24,000 bases of DNA from positions 250,914 through 274,913 of the forward strand of contig CAWGUZ010000012.1 of the NCBI GenBank assembly GCA_963825975.1, in the 5' to 3' direction. The notes below the pieces were generated by a model. The model did not search any database. It had not been told where the DNA came from and saw only the letters and a list, made by a program, of their open reading frames with translations. The stretch comes from an uncultured Actinomycetota bacterium (GTDB taxonomy: Bacteria; Actinomycetota; Actinomycetes; Mycobacteriales; Nakamurellaceae). Below, in pieces: positions 9,882-18,740 of this stretch. The first letter of the stretch is position 1. Each line of letters begins with the position of its first letter. The position numbers and the translations under genes were made by a program.

Positions 9882-12590
9882 TCAGTCGGTGGCGGAGTCC
9901 GATTCCTCCGCGACGGCGGCGCGCCCGGCTTCCAGCCGGGCCACCGGCACCCGGAACGGGGAGCAGGAGACGTAGTCCAGGCCGATCGCGTGGAAGAAGT
10001 GGATCGATTCGGGGTCGCCGCCGTGCTCGCCGCAGACCCCGAGCTTCAGGCCGGGCTTGGTCTCGCGGCCCTCCTTGGCGGCGATCTCCACCAGCCGGCC
10101 GACGCCGTCCGCGTCGATGGTCTCGAACGGCGACACGGTGAACACACCCTTGTCCAGATAGGTCGCGAACACGCTGCCTCGACATCGTCGCGGGAGAAGC
10201 CCCAGGTGGTCTGGGTCAGGTCGTTGGTGCCGAAGGAGAAGAAGTCGGCGGCGTCGGCGATCCGGTGCGCGGTCAGCGCGGCCCGCGGCAGCTCGATCAT
10301 GGTGCCGATCGGCACGGTCAGCTCGACCCCGGCCGCGGCGCTGACTTCGGATGATCAGCCTCCGCCTCGTCCCGGACCAGGTACAGTTCCATCACCGAAC
10401 CGACCAGCGGCACCATGATCTCGACCTGCGGCTACTTGCCCGCCCTGAGCAGTTCGCAGGCCGCCTCGGTGATCGCCCGCACCTGCAGCGCGAACAGGCC
10501 GGGGGTGAGCAGCCCGAGCCGGACACCGCGCAGCCCCAGCATCGGGTTCGACTCGTGCAGCCGCTCCACCGCGGCCAGCAGCTTCTGGTCCGCCGGCGTT
10601 CGGCGTGCCGGCCGCCTCGGCGAGCGCGACCTTGACGGCGAGTTCGGTGCGGTCCGGCAGGAACTCGTGCAGCGGCGGGTCGAGCAGCCGGATGGTCACC
10701 GGCAGGCCGTCCATGGCGTCCAGCAACTCGACGAAGTCCTGACGCTGCAGCGGCAGCAGCGCCGTCCAACGCGTCGGTGCGGTCGTCGGTGGTGTCGGCC
10801 AGGATCACCCGCTCGATCAGCGAACGCCGGTCGCCGAGGAACATGTGCTCGGTGCGGCACAGGCCGATACCCTGCGCGCCCAGGCGTCTCGCCCGCACCG
10901 CATCCTCGGCCGTATCGGCGTTGGCGCGGACCCGCAGGCTCCGCCGCTTGTCGGCGTGCTGCAGCAGCCGGTCGACCGCGCGGACCAGGTCGGCGGTCTC
11001 GTCGTCGACGCCGTCGGTGGCGGCGTCCAGACCGGACTCGATGTAGGTCTCGACAGGTGAGGGCACGACCGGCATCGGCCCGAGGAAGACCTCGCCGGTG
11101 GAGCCGTCGATGCTGATCAAGTCACCCTCGCTGATCACGGTGGTGCCGACCCGGACCTGCTGGGTCACCGGGTCGACGTCCAGCGCCTCGGCGCCGCAGA
11201 CGCAGGTCTTGCCCATCCCGCGGGCGACGACGGCGGCGTGCGAGGTCTTCCCGCCGCGGGCGGTGAGAATGCCGTCGGCCGCGATCATGCCCTCGAGGTC
11301 GTCCGGGTTGGTCTCCTGCGGACCAGCACGACCTGCTCGCCGCGCTCCGCCCACGCCTTGGCGGTCGGCGAATCGAACACCACCCGGCCGACGGCCGCGC
11401 CGGGAGAGGCGGCCATTCCCTTGGTCAGCAGCGTCGCTGTCCGCCGACCGGTCGAACTGAGGGAACATCAGCTGCGCCAGTTGGGCGCCGGACACCCGAG
11501 CCAACGCCTCGTCCAGGGTGATCAACTGCTCGTCGACCAGTTGCGCGGCGATCCGGAACGCCGCCGCCGGGGTTCGCTTGCCGACCCGCGTCTGCAGCAT
11601 CCACAGCTTGCCGCGTTCGATGGTGAACTCGATGTCGCACAGGTCCCGGTAGTGGGTCTCCAGGCGACGCATCACCCGGGTCAGCTCGCGGTGCGAGTCC
11701 GGGTCCAGGCCGGACAGGTCGTCCAGGGACAGGGTGTTGCGGATGCCGGAGACCACGTCCTCGCCCTGCGCGTTCGACAGGTAGTCGCCGTAGGCCCCGG
11801 ACTCCCCGGTGGCCGGGTCACGGGTGAAAGCCACACCGGTGCCGCTGGTGTCGCCCAGGTTGCCGAACACCATGGTGCACACGTTGACCGCCGTGCCGAG
11901 GTTCTCGCTGATCCGTTCCCGCCGCCGGTAGAGCTTGGCCCGGTCGGTGTTCCAGGACTGGAACACGGCGCGGATCGCCATGTCCAGCTGCTCCCGCGGG
12001 TGCTGCGGGAACTCGGCTCCGGTGTGTTCGCGGATCTGATCCTTGAACGTGTCCACGATCTGCTGGAGATCCTCGACGCCCAGGTCGAGGTCGCCGGTGA
12101 CGCCCTTGGTGGCCTTGGCGGCATCCCAGGCGTCGGCGAACACCTCGCCGGGGACGTGCAGAACCGTCTTGCCGAACATCTGCAGCAGCCGCCGGTAGGA
12201 GTCCCAGGCGAACCGTTCGTTGCCGGAGACCTCAGCCAGGCCCTTCACGCTGGCGTCGTTGAGGCCGACGTTCAAGACGGACTCCATCATGCCGGGCATC
12301 GAGAACTGGGCACCCGAGCGCACGCTGACCAGGAGCGGGTCGTGCCGGTCCCCGAGGCGGCGACCCAGTTGGTCCTCCAACTGCCGCAGCGCCGTGGTCA
12401 CCTGCACCCGCAGTTGACCCGGCTCGTCGCCCAGCTGCAGGAATTCACGGCAGGCCGCGGTGGTGATGGTGAATCCGGGCGGCACGGGTAGCCCGAGCTT
12501 CGTCATCTCGGCTAGATTCGCGCCCTTTCCACCCAACAGCGCCTTCTGGTCCTTGCTGCCCTGCGTGAAGTCGTACACGTACCGGGTCAT
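9882..12590 (-). pseudogene. ppdK: pyruvate, phosphate dikinase with multiple frame disruptions (decay or assembly error)
   Basis: The N-terminus MTRYVYDFTQGSKDQKALLGGKGANLAEMTKLGLPVPPGFTITTAAC and GGKTSHAAVVARGMGKTCVCG (catalytic His region) are in the ORF 12590-10392 frame. The C-terminal pieces ([18 protein letters not shown]; [27 protein letters not shown]; [56 protein letters not shown]) fall in other frames. Confidence 0.93.
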
Positions 12591-13786
12591 TGCGTGCTCC
12601 TTGCGAGTTCGTCGATGAACGGGCCGGCGGCTGAGTTGCCCGGGGCGGCGCCGATGACGTCCCGGACGTGCGTATACAGCGGGTGGTCCGGCGTCAGACC
12701 GGTGATCCGCTCGGTTGCCTCGTGTGGAGTGAGGGTACGCAGAAGTCCCTGCAGTCGGACACTCTCGGGGTCGCCGGGCACGTCGAAACGCAACGCCGCG
12801 CCGACGGTGGCCAGCAGGTGTTGCGGGATGCCGCCCCGCTCGGCCAGTTCGGCCGCCGGCCCGATCAGTCGTTCACGGCGGGACAACTTGCGCAACGGCT
12901 GCCGACCGACGCGCTCCGTCGTGTCCGGCAGGTGCGGATTGGCGAACCGGGTGAGGATCTTGTCCACATAAGCCTGCTGCGCCGCCTCGCTGAACCCGTG
13001 CTTGGCCACCAGCAGGTCCTTGGTCTCCGCCAGCACGCCCCGCACGGCGGCGAGGACCTGACTGTCCGCCAGCGCATCGGACAGCTTGCTGATCCCGCGA
13101 GAGTGTCCGTGATAGGCAGCGGTCGCGTGACCCGTGTTGACGGTGAACAGCTTTCGTTCGATATAGGGCGCCAAGTCGGTCACCCAAGAGGCGTCCGGGA
13201 TGGTGGGCGCGGCTCCCCCGAACGGTGTGCCTTCGATGGCCCACTCGAAATAGGTCTCCACCGTGACATCCAGACCCGCGTCCGCCGCCTGGGCGGGCAC
13301 GATCCGGTCGACTGCGGTATTGGCGAAGGTCGCCGTCGCCGCCGTCGCCGCCCACTCGTCATCCGAGCAGTGCTCCCGGATGTGACCGGCCAGCACGTCG
13401 GTCGCGTTGATCGCGTTCTCGCAGGCCATCACCGCCAACGGAGGTCGACCCGCCGAGCGCACCCGCAGCGCCGCGGCGATGGTCGGCGCCACGAACTTCA
13501 GCACGGTGGGACCGACCGCAGTGGTGACGATGTCGGCGTTCGCGATCTCCTGCACCAGAGCCGCCTCGTCGCTGCGACTGTTGATGGCCCGGTAGTTGTC
13601 GACCCGCTCCGTGGACGACTCCAATCCGACCGCCAGCACCTGGTAGTGCGGGGTTGTCTGCAACGCGTCGATCAGCGTGTCGGCGACGTCGGCGAACACC
13701 ACCTCGTATCCGGCCCGGTGCAGGATCAGCCCGACGAATCCTCGACCGATGTTGCCCGCACCGAAATGAACAGCTGTGCCCGGCAT
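12587..13786 (-). CDS. mtlD: mannitol-1-phosphate 5-dehydrogenase
   Basis: 399 aa: HFGAGNIGRGFVGLILHRAGYEVVFADV (Rossmann motif), the MtlD-type ACENAINATDVLAGHI, and KLFTVNTGHATAAYHGH. ATGA overlap with the ppdK start. Confidence 0.93.
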   Translation of the reverse strand: MPGTAVHFGAGNIGRGFVGLILHRAGYEVVFADVADTLIDALQTTPHYQVLAVGLESSTERVDNYRAINSRSDEAALVQEIANADIVTTAVGPTVLKFVAPTIAAALRVRSAGRPPLAVMACENAINATDVLAGHIREHCSDDEWAATAATATFANTAVDRIVPAQAADAGLDVTVETYFEWAIEGTPFGGAAPTIPDASWVTDLAPYIERKLFTVNTGHATAAYHGHSRGISKLSDALADSQVLAAVRGVLAETKDLLVAKHGFSEAAQQAYVDKILTRFANPHLPDTTERVGRQPLRKLSRRERLIGPAAELAERGGIPQHLLATVGAALRFDVPGDPESVRLQGLLRTLTPHEATERITGLTPDHPLYTHVRDVIGAAPGNSAAGPFIDELARSTQ

Positions 13787-13790
13787 GCCG

Positions 13791-14228
13791 TCAGTCCTCG
13801 TTGACAGCGGTGAGCAGGTCGTACAGCTCCTGCGCGGACCCGGCGGCGATGAGTTTGGCGACCTCGTCGGTGTCCGAGAAGATGATCGCGACCTTACTCA
13901 GGATTTCCAGGTGGCCGCCTTGGAACCCGGCGATGCCGATCGCGAACCGGACCTCGTTGCCGTCCCAGTCGATCGGCGTCTCGTACCGGATCACGGACAG
14001 CGCGGAGGACTTGATCGAGTCCTTGGCCTCGTTGGTGCCGTGCGGGATGGCCAGGAAGTTGCCCATGTAGGTGGACACCGACTTCTCCCGCGCGAACATG
14101 GCGTCGATGTACTGCGGGTCGACCGCGCCGGCGTCGACCAGGATCTGCCCGGCCTCCCGGATCGCGTCGTCCTTACTCACGGCGGTACCGGGGGTCTTGA
14201 TCTGAGACAGGGTGAGGATGTCGCTCAT
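13791..14228 (-). CDS. mtlF: PTS mannitol-type EIIA component
   Basis: 145 aa with FAREKSVSTYMGNFLAIPHGTNEAKDSI (phospho-His motif AIPHGT). Confidence 0.93.
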   Translation of the reverse strand: MSDILTLSQIKTPGTAVSKDDAIREAGQILVDAGAVDPQYIDAMFAREKSVSTYMGNFLAIPHGTNEAKDSIKSSALSVIRYETPIDWDGNEVRFAIGIAGFQGGHLEILSKVAIIFSDTDEVAKLIAAGSAQELYDLLTAVNED

Positions 14229-14259
14229 CTGCGTGTGCTCCCTTGGCTTCGTTGCAGGG

Positions 14260-14306
14260 TTTACGGTCGGTTCGTTTTACGGTCGGTTCGTTTTACGGTC
14301 GGTTGG
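14260..14306 (+). repeat. three tandem 16-bp repeats (TTTACGGTCGGTTCGT) in the mtlA-mtlF intergenic gap
   Basis: Direct reading: TTTACGGTCGGTTCGT x2 followed by TTTACGGTCGGTTGG. Confidence 0.95.
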
Positions 14307-14314
14307 TTGCGCGG

Positions 14315-15868
14315 TCAGTTCGATGGGACGTGGTTGGTCGCCCGCAACTCCTCGACGATGTCGTCGTACTTGGGACTGCTCATGAAGTTGTCGACCGAGA
14401 TGTGTTGGGCGCCGGGCACCTTGTCCCGAGCCCGAGCAGTGAGGTCCTGATGGGTGACGATGAGGTCCACATCGTCGAGCAGGTTGGCGATAGCGAGGTT
14501 GACCACCGTGACGTCGGTGAAGCCGGCCTTCTTGATCTTGTTACGGAGCACCGAGGCGCCCATCGCGGACGAACCCATGCCGGCGTCGCAGGCGAAGACG
14601 ATCTTGTGGATCGGGGTGCTCCGGGTGGCCGCCTCGCGGGACTCGTCGGCCTCGTCCTGCGACACCTCGATGTCGGAGAGCACCTGCCCGGCAGCGCCGG
14701 GCGTGAGCACTGCGGACACGCTGCTCTTCTTGCCCTTCAGACCCTCCATCTTCGAGGTTGCGGCGGCCAGGTCCGCGTTCACGTCCGACTTGCGGCTCGC
14801 CCGCAGGATGATCGAGGCGATCAGGAAACTCGTCGCCGCCGAAAGCAGGACTGAGGCGATCACCCCGAAGATGCTGCTGCCCGGGGTTTGGATGAGCACC
14901 GCGATGATGGAGCCGGGCGCGGCCGGAGCCCGCAGGCCGGCGTTGAAAACGGTCAGGGTCAGGATGCCGACCATGCCGCCGGCGACGGTCGCGATCAGCG
15001 TCAGGGGCTTCATCAGCACGTACGGGAAGTAGATCTCGTGGATGCCGCCGAAGAACTGGATGATCGCCGCAGCGGGTGCGGTGCTCTTCGCGAGGCCGGT
15101 GCCGAAGATCGAGTAGGCGATGAGCAGGCCGACGCCGGGACCGGGGTTGGCCTCCAGCAGGAACAGGATCGATTGACCGGTCGCCGCCGACTCGTTGATC
15201 CCCAGCGGGGTCAGCACGCCGTGGTTGATCGCGTTGTTCAGGAACAGCACCTTGGCCGGTTCGATGATCAGGCTGGCCAACGGGAGCACGCTGTGACCGA
15301 TCAACCAGTCGACGCCGTTGCCCAGTGCGGTCGAGATGCCCTCGATCAGCGGACCGAACACGTAGAAGCTGACGACTGCCAAACCGGCCGCCAGGGTTCC
15401 GGCGGAGAAGTTGTTGACCAGCATCTCGAAGCCCGGCTTGATCCTGCCGTCCCAGATCGCGTCGAGCTTCTTCATCAGGAATGCGGCCAACGGGCCCATG
15501 ATCATCGCGCCCATGAACATCGGGGACGGCGTACACATGATCACGCCCATGGTGGCGACGACGGCGACCACCGCCCCGCGCACCCCGTAAACCATTCGAC
15601 CACCCTGCGCGGCGATCAGAATCGGCAGCATGAACCGCACCATCGGGCCGACCAGTCCGGGGTTCGCCACCCCGTCTGCGTCCAGCCCGAACCCGCCGAT
15701 GACATCAAGCGGGAACGGGCCCTTCTCGATGAACAGCGCGGTGATCAAACCCCAGGCGATGAACGCGGCGATGTTCGGCATGATCATCCCGGACAGGAAA
15801 GTGCCGAACTTCTGGACCGCGACCCGGGTGCCGGACGTCTTACCGGCGAGTGCCGCTTCCGTACTCAC
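14315..15868 (-). CDS. mtlA: PTS mannitol transporter EIICB
   Basis: 517 aa multi-TM protein: VQKFGTFLSGMIMPNIAAFIAWGLITALF, the EIIC motif GIHEIYFPYVLM, and EIIB IVFACDAGMGSSAMGASVLR. Confidence 0.95.
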   Translation of the reverse strand: MSTEAALAGKTSGTRVAVQKFGTFLSGMIMPNIAAFIAWGLITALFIEKGPFPLDVIGGFGLDADGVANPGLVGPMVRFMLPILIAAQGGRMVYGVRGAVVAVVATMGVIMCTPSPMFMGAMIMGPLAAFLMKKLDAIWDGRIKPGFEMLVNNFSAGTLAAGLAVVSFYVFGPLIEGISTALGNGVDWLIGHSVLPLASLIIEPAKVLFLNNAINHGVLTPLGINESAATGQSILFLLEANPGPGVGLLIAYSIFGTGLAKSTAPAAAIIQFFGGIHEIYFPYVLMKPLTLIATVAGGMVGILTLTVFNAGLRAPAAPGSIIAVLIQTPGSSIFGVIASVLLSAATSFLIASIILRASRKSDVNADLAAATSKMEGLKGKKSSVSAVLTPGAAGQVLSDIEVSQDEADESREAATRSTPIHKIVFACDAGMGSSAMGASVLRNKIKKAGFTDVTVVNLAIANLLDDVDLIVTHQDLTARARDKVPGAQHISVDNFMSSPKYDDIVEELRATNHVPSN

Positions 15869-16050
15869 AATGGTTCCCTTCTAGGGTGATCGCGGTCCGA
15901 ATGCGGCCCGCGGACGTGCTGAGACAGCCCAAACCGCTTATACCGGAAGGGCTTTCGAAGAACGGGGAGCGGGCTCAGGGCGCCGCTGGTGCCAGGCCTG
16001 ACGGTGATGCAGGTCTCAGCATGTGAACTGTAACTCATCAGACATGGTTA

Positions 16051-16143
16051 TGTCACCGGTGACAGAGAAGTTTTTTCAAATTTCTGTCACCGGTGACAGT
16101 GTCTGCTGTCATCGGTGACAGGCAGCAGCGGTCATCGGTGACA
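16051..16143. promoter_or_regulatory. four operator-like palindromes (TGTCAYCGGTGACA) for the divergent LacI-family regulator
   Basis: TGTCACCGGTGACA at 16051-16064 and 16085-16098; TGTCATCGGTGACA at 16107-16120; GGTCATCGGTGACA at 16130-16143. Confidence 0.85.
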
Positions 16144-16220
16144 TACTGGGGAGGTCATTCCGTGGGCGGTCCCGTCGCGCCAGCGACCGGACCGGCCGGC
16201 AACCGCTCAGGAGAGCATCT

Positions 16221-17189
16221 GTGAGCACGATGCGCGACGTCGCCCAACTCGCGGGGGTCAGCGCTAAAACCGTGTCCAGGGTCATGAACAATGACCGGTA
16301 CGTCTCCGACGATGTGCGCGCCCGCGTCCTGCAGGCCGTCGAAGCACTCAGCTACGTGCCCAACTTGATGGCCCGCAGCTTTCGGGCCGGCCACGACAGT
16401 GCGATCGGGGTCGCGGTGCCGGCCGTGACCGGCTTCTTCGGGCACGTCGTCGAAGCAGTCGAACGCATCGCCCGCGACCGCGGCGTCGCCGTGTACCTGA
16501 CCTGTCTGGGACAGGATGCCGACGGCGAACAAGCCGCGGTGGAGGCCTTGCTCGCCCGCAATGTGATCGGCCTGATCGCCGCCCCGATCGCCGCCGACCA
16601 GTCCTACCTGCGACCCTGGCGGGATCGCGCCAGCATGGTCTTCCTCGACCGCCGCCCTCGCAAACTCGCCGCCGCCTACGTCGTCCACGACGACAACGGC
16701 GGCACCCGCATGGCCATCAACCATCTGCTCGACCACGGCCACCGCCGCATCGCGTTCGCCGGCGATTCGCTCAAAGTGCCCACCACCGCCCGTCGCCGCA
16801 GCACCTACGAGCTCGCGTTGTTCGACGCCGGCATCGCCGTCGACCCGTTCCTGATCTCGTTGGACGCCGATACCGCCGCCGATGTCCCGCGGCTGCTCGC
16901 GCTGGCCGACCCGCCCACCGCCATCTTCGCCGCCAACCCGAGCTGCAGCATGCCCATCGCCCGACAACTCCACTCGGCTGGTCGTACCGACATCACCCTG
17001 CTCGGCTTCGGCGACTTTCCGATGGCCGACGCCCTCACCCCACCTGTCAGCGTCATCGATCAGGACCCCACCCGACTCGGCACCCTCGCCGCTAATCGCC
17101 TCTTTCAGCGCGTCGACGAACCCGACAGACGACTACCGCGGCAGACCGTGCTGCCCGTCACCCTCGTCCGCCGCGGCTGCTGCGAATAG
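16221..17189 (+). CDS. LacI-family transcriptional regulator (putative mannitol operon repressor)
   Basis: MSTMRDVAQLAGVSAKTVSRVMNNDRYVSDDVRARVLQAVEALSYVPNLMARSF (LacI HTH and hinge) followed by a periplasmic-binding-like domain. Divergent from mtlA. Confidence 0.93.
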   Translation: MSTMRDVAQLAGVSAKTVSRVMNNDRYVSDDVRARVLQAVEALSYVPNLMARSFRAGHDSAIGVAVPAVTGFFGHVVEAVERIARDRGVAVYLTCLGQDADGEQAAVEALLARNVIGLIAAPIAADQSYLRPWRDRASMVFLDRRPRKLAAAYVVHDDNGGTRMAINHLLDHGHRRIAFAGDSLKVPTTARRRSTYELALFDAGIAVDPFLISLDADTAADVPRLLALADPPTAIFAANPSCSMPIARQLHSAGRTDITLLGFGDFPMADALTPPVSVIDQDPTRLGTLAANRLFQRVDEPDRRLPRQTVLPVTLVRRGCCE

Positions 17190-17287
17190 CCGCGGGTCGA
17201 ACACGGGCGGCTGAGCCAGGCCTCGGGCGGAACGTTGATGGAAAAGTATTGTCAATGCTGCAGGGGGCGCCTCGGGTGCGCCGACGG

Positions 17288-17662
17288 TCATCGCCTGCTG
17301 GATCCTCCCGGACGTTCCGCTTCCTCGAAAGCCGGCTGCTCGGGCTGCGCGGCCCGGTCGGCCTGGTCGGTCTGGGCGGGCTGGTCGGCGCGATGACGGA
17401 TCGCGCGGGCTTCGTCGAGGTCCTTGCGCTCCGTCTCGGCTTGCTTGTCGCTGGCCGATCTCGTTGACGCGGTTCGTCGCCCGGCCCAACGCCCGACGTA
17501 ACCGGAGGCCGAGCAGAACGCTCCGAGGATCCCGAATACCAGACCGAATCCGGCGGTCGACCCGGCGGCGAGCTGGGTGGTCGATCTGCGGAGTTGTTGT
17601 CGGTCGCTCTCGATTGCCGCGGTGCCGAACGGCGGCCGGCTAATCTCGGGATGAGCCAGGGC
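17288..17662 (-). CDS. possible small membrane protein with charged C-terminus (start not resolved)
   Basis: Manually read frame ...AAIESDRQQLRRSTTQLAAGSTAGFGLVFGILGAFCSASGYVGRWAGRR...ASDKQAETERKDLDEARAIRHRADQPAQTDQADRAAQPEQPAFEEAERPGGSSRR*. One hydrophobic segment, but no ATG/GTG/TTG between the upstream stop and the TM segment. Confidence 0.3.
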   Translation of the reverse strand, partial: ALAHPEISRPPFGTAAIESDRQQLRRSTTQLAAGSTAGFGLVFGILGAFCSASGYVGRWAGRRTASTRSASDKQAETERKDLDEARAIRHRADQPAQTDQADRAAQPEQPAFEEAERPGGSSRR

Positions 17663-17689
17663 TCAAACCACTGGGATGGAAACAGAACC

Positions 17690-17728
17690 GAGGGCGGGGC
17701 CCCGCCTGAAACGCGAGATCCCGCCCTC
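17690..17728 (-). terminator. GC-rich hairpin downstream of the DUF3618-like gene
   Basis: GAGGGCGGG (17690-17698) / CCCGCCCTC (17720-17728), 12 nt past the stop of the minus-strand gene. Confidence 0.5.
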
Positions 17729-17739
17729 AGCCGGACACT

Positions 17740-18327
17740 TCACACTGCGCTTTGCTGCACCGCCTCCGTCGCCTGCTGGGCCTGATCCTTGACGTCGTCC
17801 GCCGCGGCGGCCCCTTCGTCCTTGACCGTGTCCACCGCCTCGATCGCGGTGGACTTGACCGATTCCATGGCCTGCTGGGCGGGCTCCTGGAGGTTGCCCG
17901 CCAGTTCCTTTGCCGCCGTGGAAACCTCGTCGACGAGAGGCTCGGCCTGTTCCTTCAGCGCGGTCGCCAGCTGTGCCTCCTTCGCGGAGGCCGGGAACAG
18001 CGACGCCGCCAACAGGCCGACGCCGAAGGCGATGAGTCCAGCCGCGACGGGACTGCCCTTCGTCTGGTTCTGCACCATGGTGGGGGCGCCCGTCACGGCG
18101 TCTCCGACCGCGGACGCCGCGCCCCCGACGGCGCCCTTAGCGTCATCCGTGGTCCCCATCAAACTCTCCTTCACGCTGGTCGCGGTACCGAAGATCTTGT
18201 CCCGCTGGCGCTTTGCGATCGAGGCGGGGCTCACCTTCTCCGACAACGCGTTGACGTCGTTGCTCAGACCGGCGCGGGTGGCCTCGATCTGACGGCGAAT
18301 CTCATCCGGGTCGTTGCTGCTGGTCAT
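17740..18327 (-). CDS. DUF3618-like membrane protein
   Basis: Within ORF 17740..18852, MTSSNDPDEIRRQIEATRAGLSNDVNALSEKVSPASIAKRQRDKI matches the DUF3618 N-terminal pattern (DP-EIRxxIExTRxxL). One TM segment (GLIAFGVGLLAASLF). ATGA overlap with the upstream gene. Confidence 0.85.
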   Translation of the reverse strand: MTSSNDPDEIRRQIEATRAGLSNDVNALSEKVSPASIAKRQRDKIFGTATSVKESLMGTTDDAKGAVGGAASAVGDAVTGAPTMVQNQTKGSPVAAGLIAFGVGLLAASLFPASAKEAQLATALKEQAEPLVDEVSTAAKELAGNLQEPAQQAMESVKSTAIEAVDTVKDEGAAAADDVKDQAQQATEAVQQSAV

Positions 18328-18740
18328 CGGTTCTCCTCCTCGTTGCCTTTGATCGCGTTCGGAATCTTCGACACTGTCTCGCTCGTACGGTCCAACCCGC
18401 GGACGGCGGCCAACTCTTTGCGCCCCATGGCGAACAGGACGGCTCCGGCGATGCCCCACAAGACCGCCACGATCAATGCCGACCAGCCGTGCCCCATCCA
18501 GACACCCAATGCCCACCACAGCGCGATGGACAGGAACAGCGCGACCATGTAACCGGCGAACCCGGCACCGCCGAGCATCCCCGCGCCCTTCCCGGCTCGT
18601 TTGGCCGACTGGGCCAATTCCGCCTTCGCCAGCGCGACCTCCTGGCGCATCAGAGTCGAGACGTCCGTAGTGATCTCGGTGAGCAGTTCGCCGAGGGACT
18701 GGGACGACGGGTTCGTCGGTGTTTCGGTGGGCGAGCTCAC
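18324..18740 (-). CDS. phage-holin-like / YqjE-family small membrane protein
   Basis: 138 aa: SLGELLTEITTDVSTLMRQEVALAKAELAQSAKRAGKGAGML followed by two TM helices, characteristic of the actinobacterial holin-superfamily/YqjE group. Confidence 0.85.
   Translation of the reverse strand: MSSPTETPTNPSSQSLGELLTEITTDVSTLMRQEVALAKAELAQSAKRAGKGAGMLGGAGFAGYMVALFLSIALWWALGVWMGHGWSALIVAVLWGIAGAVLFAMGRKELAAVRGLDRTSETVSKIPNAIKGNEEENR

Noticed and set aside
11238-12491. 417-aa plus-strand ORF antisense to ppdK
   Set aside because: Shadow ORF; the minus strand carries PPDK motifs.
12668-13804. 378-aa plus-strand ORF antisense to mtlD
   Set aside because: Shadow ORF; MtlD on the minus strand is unambiguous.
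14888-15889. 333-aa plus-strand ORF antisense to mtlA
   Set aside because: Composition artefact; no domain resemblance, and EIICB is clear on the minus strand.
17171-17195. CCGCGGCT / AGCCGCGG hairpin at the LacI-family gene stop codon
   Set aside because: Only an 8-bp stem overlapping the CDS end, with no U-tract; insufficient to call a terminator.
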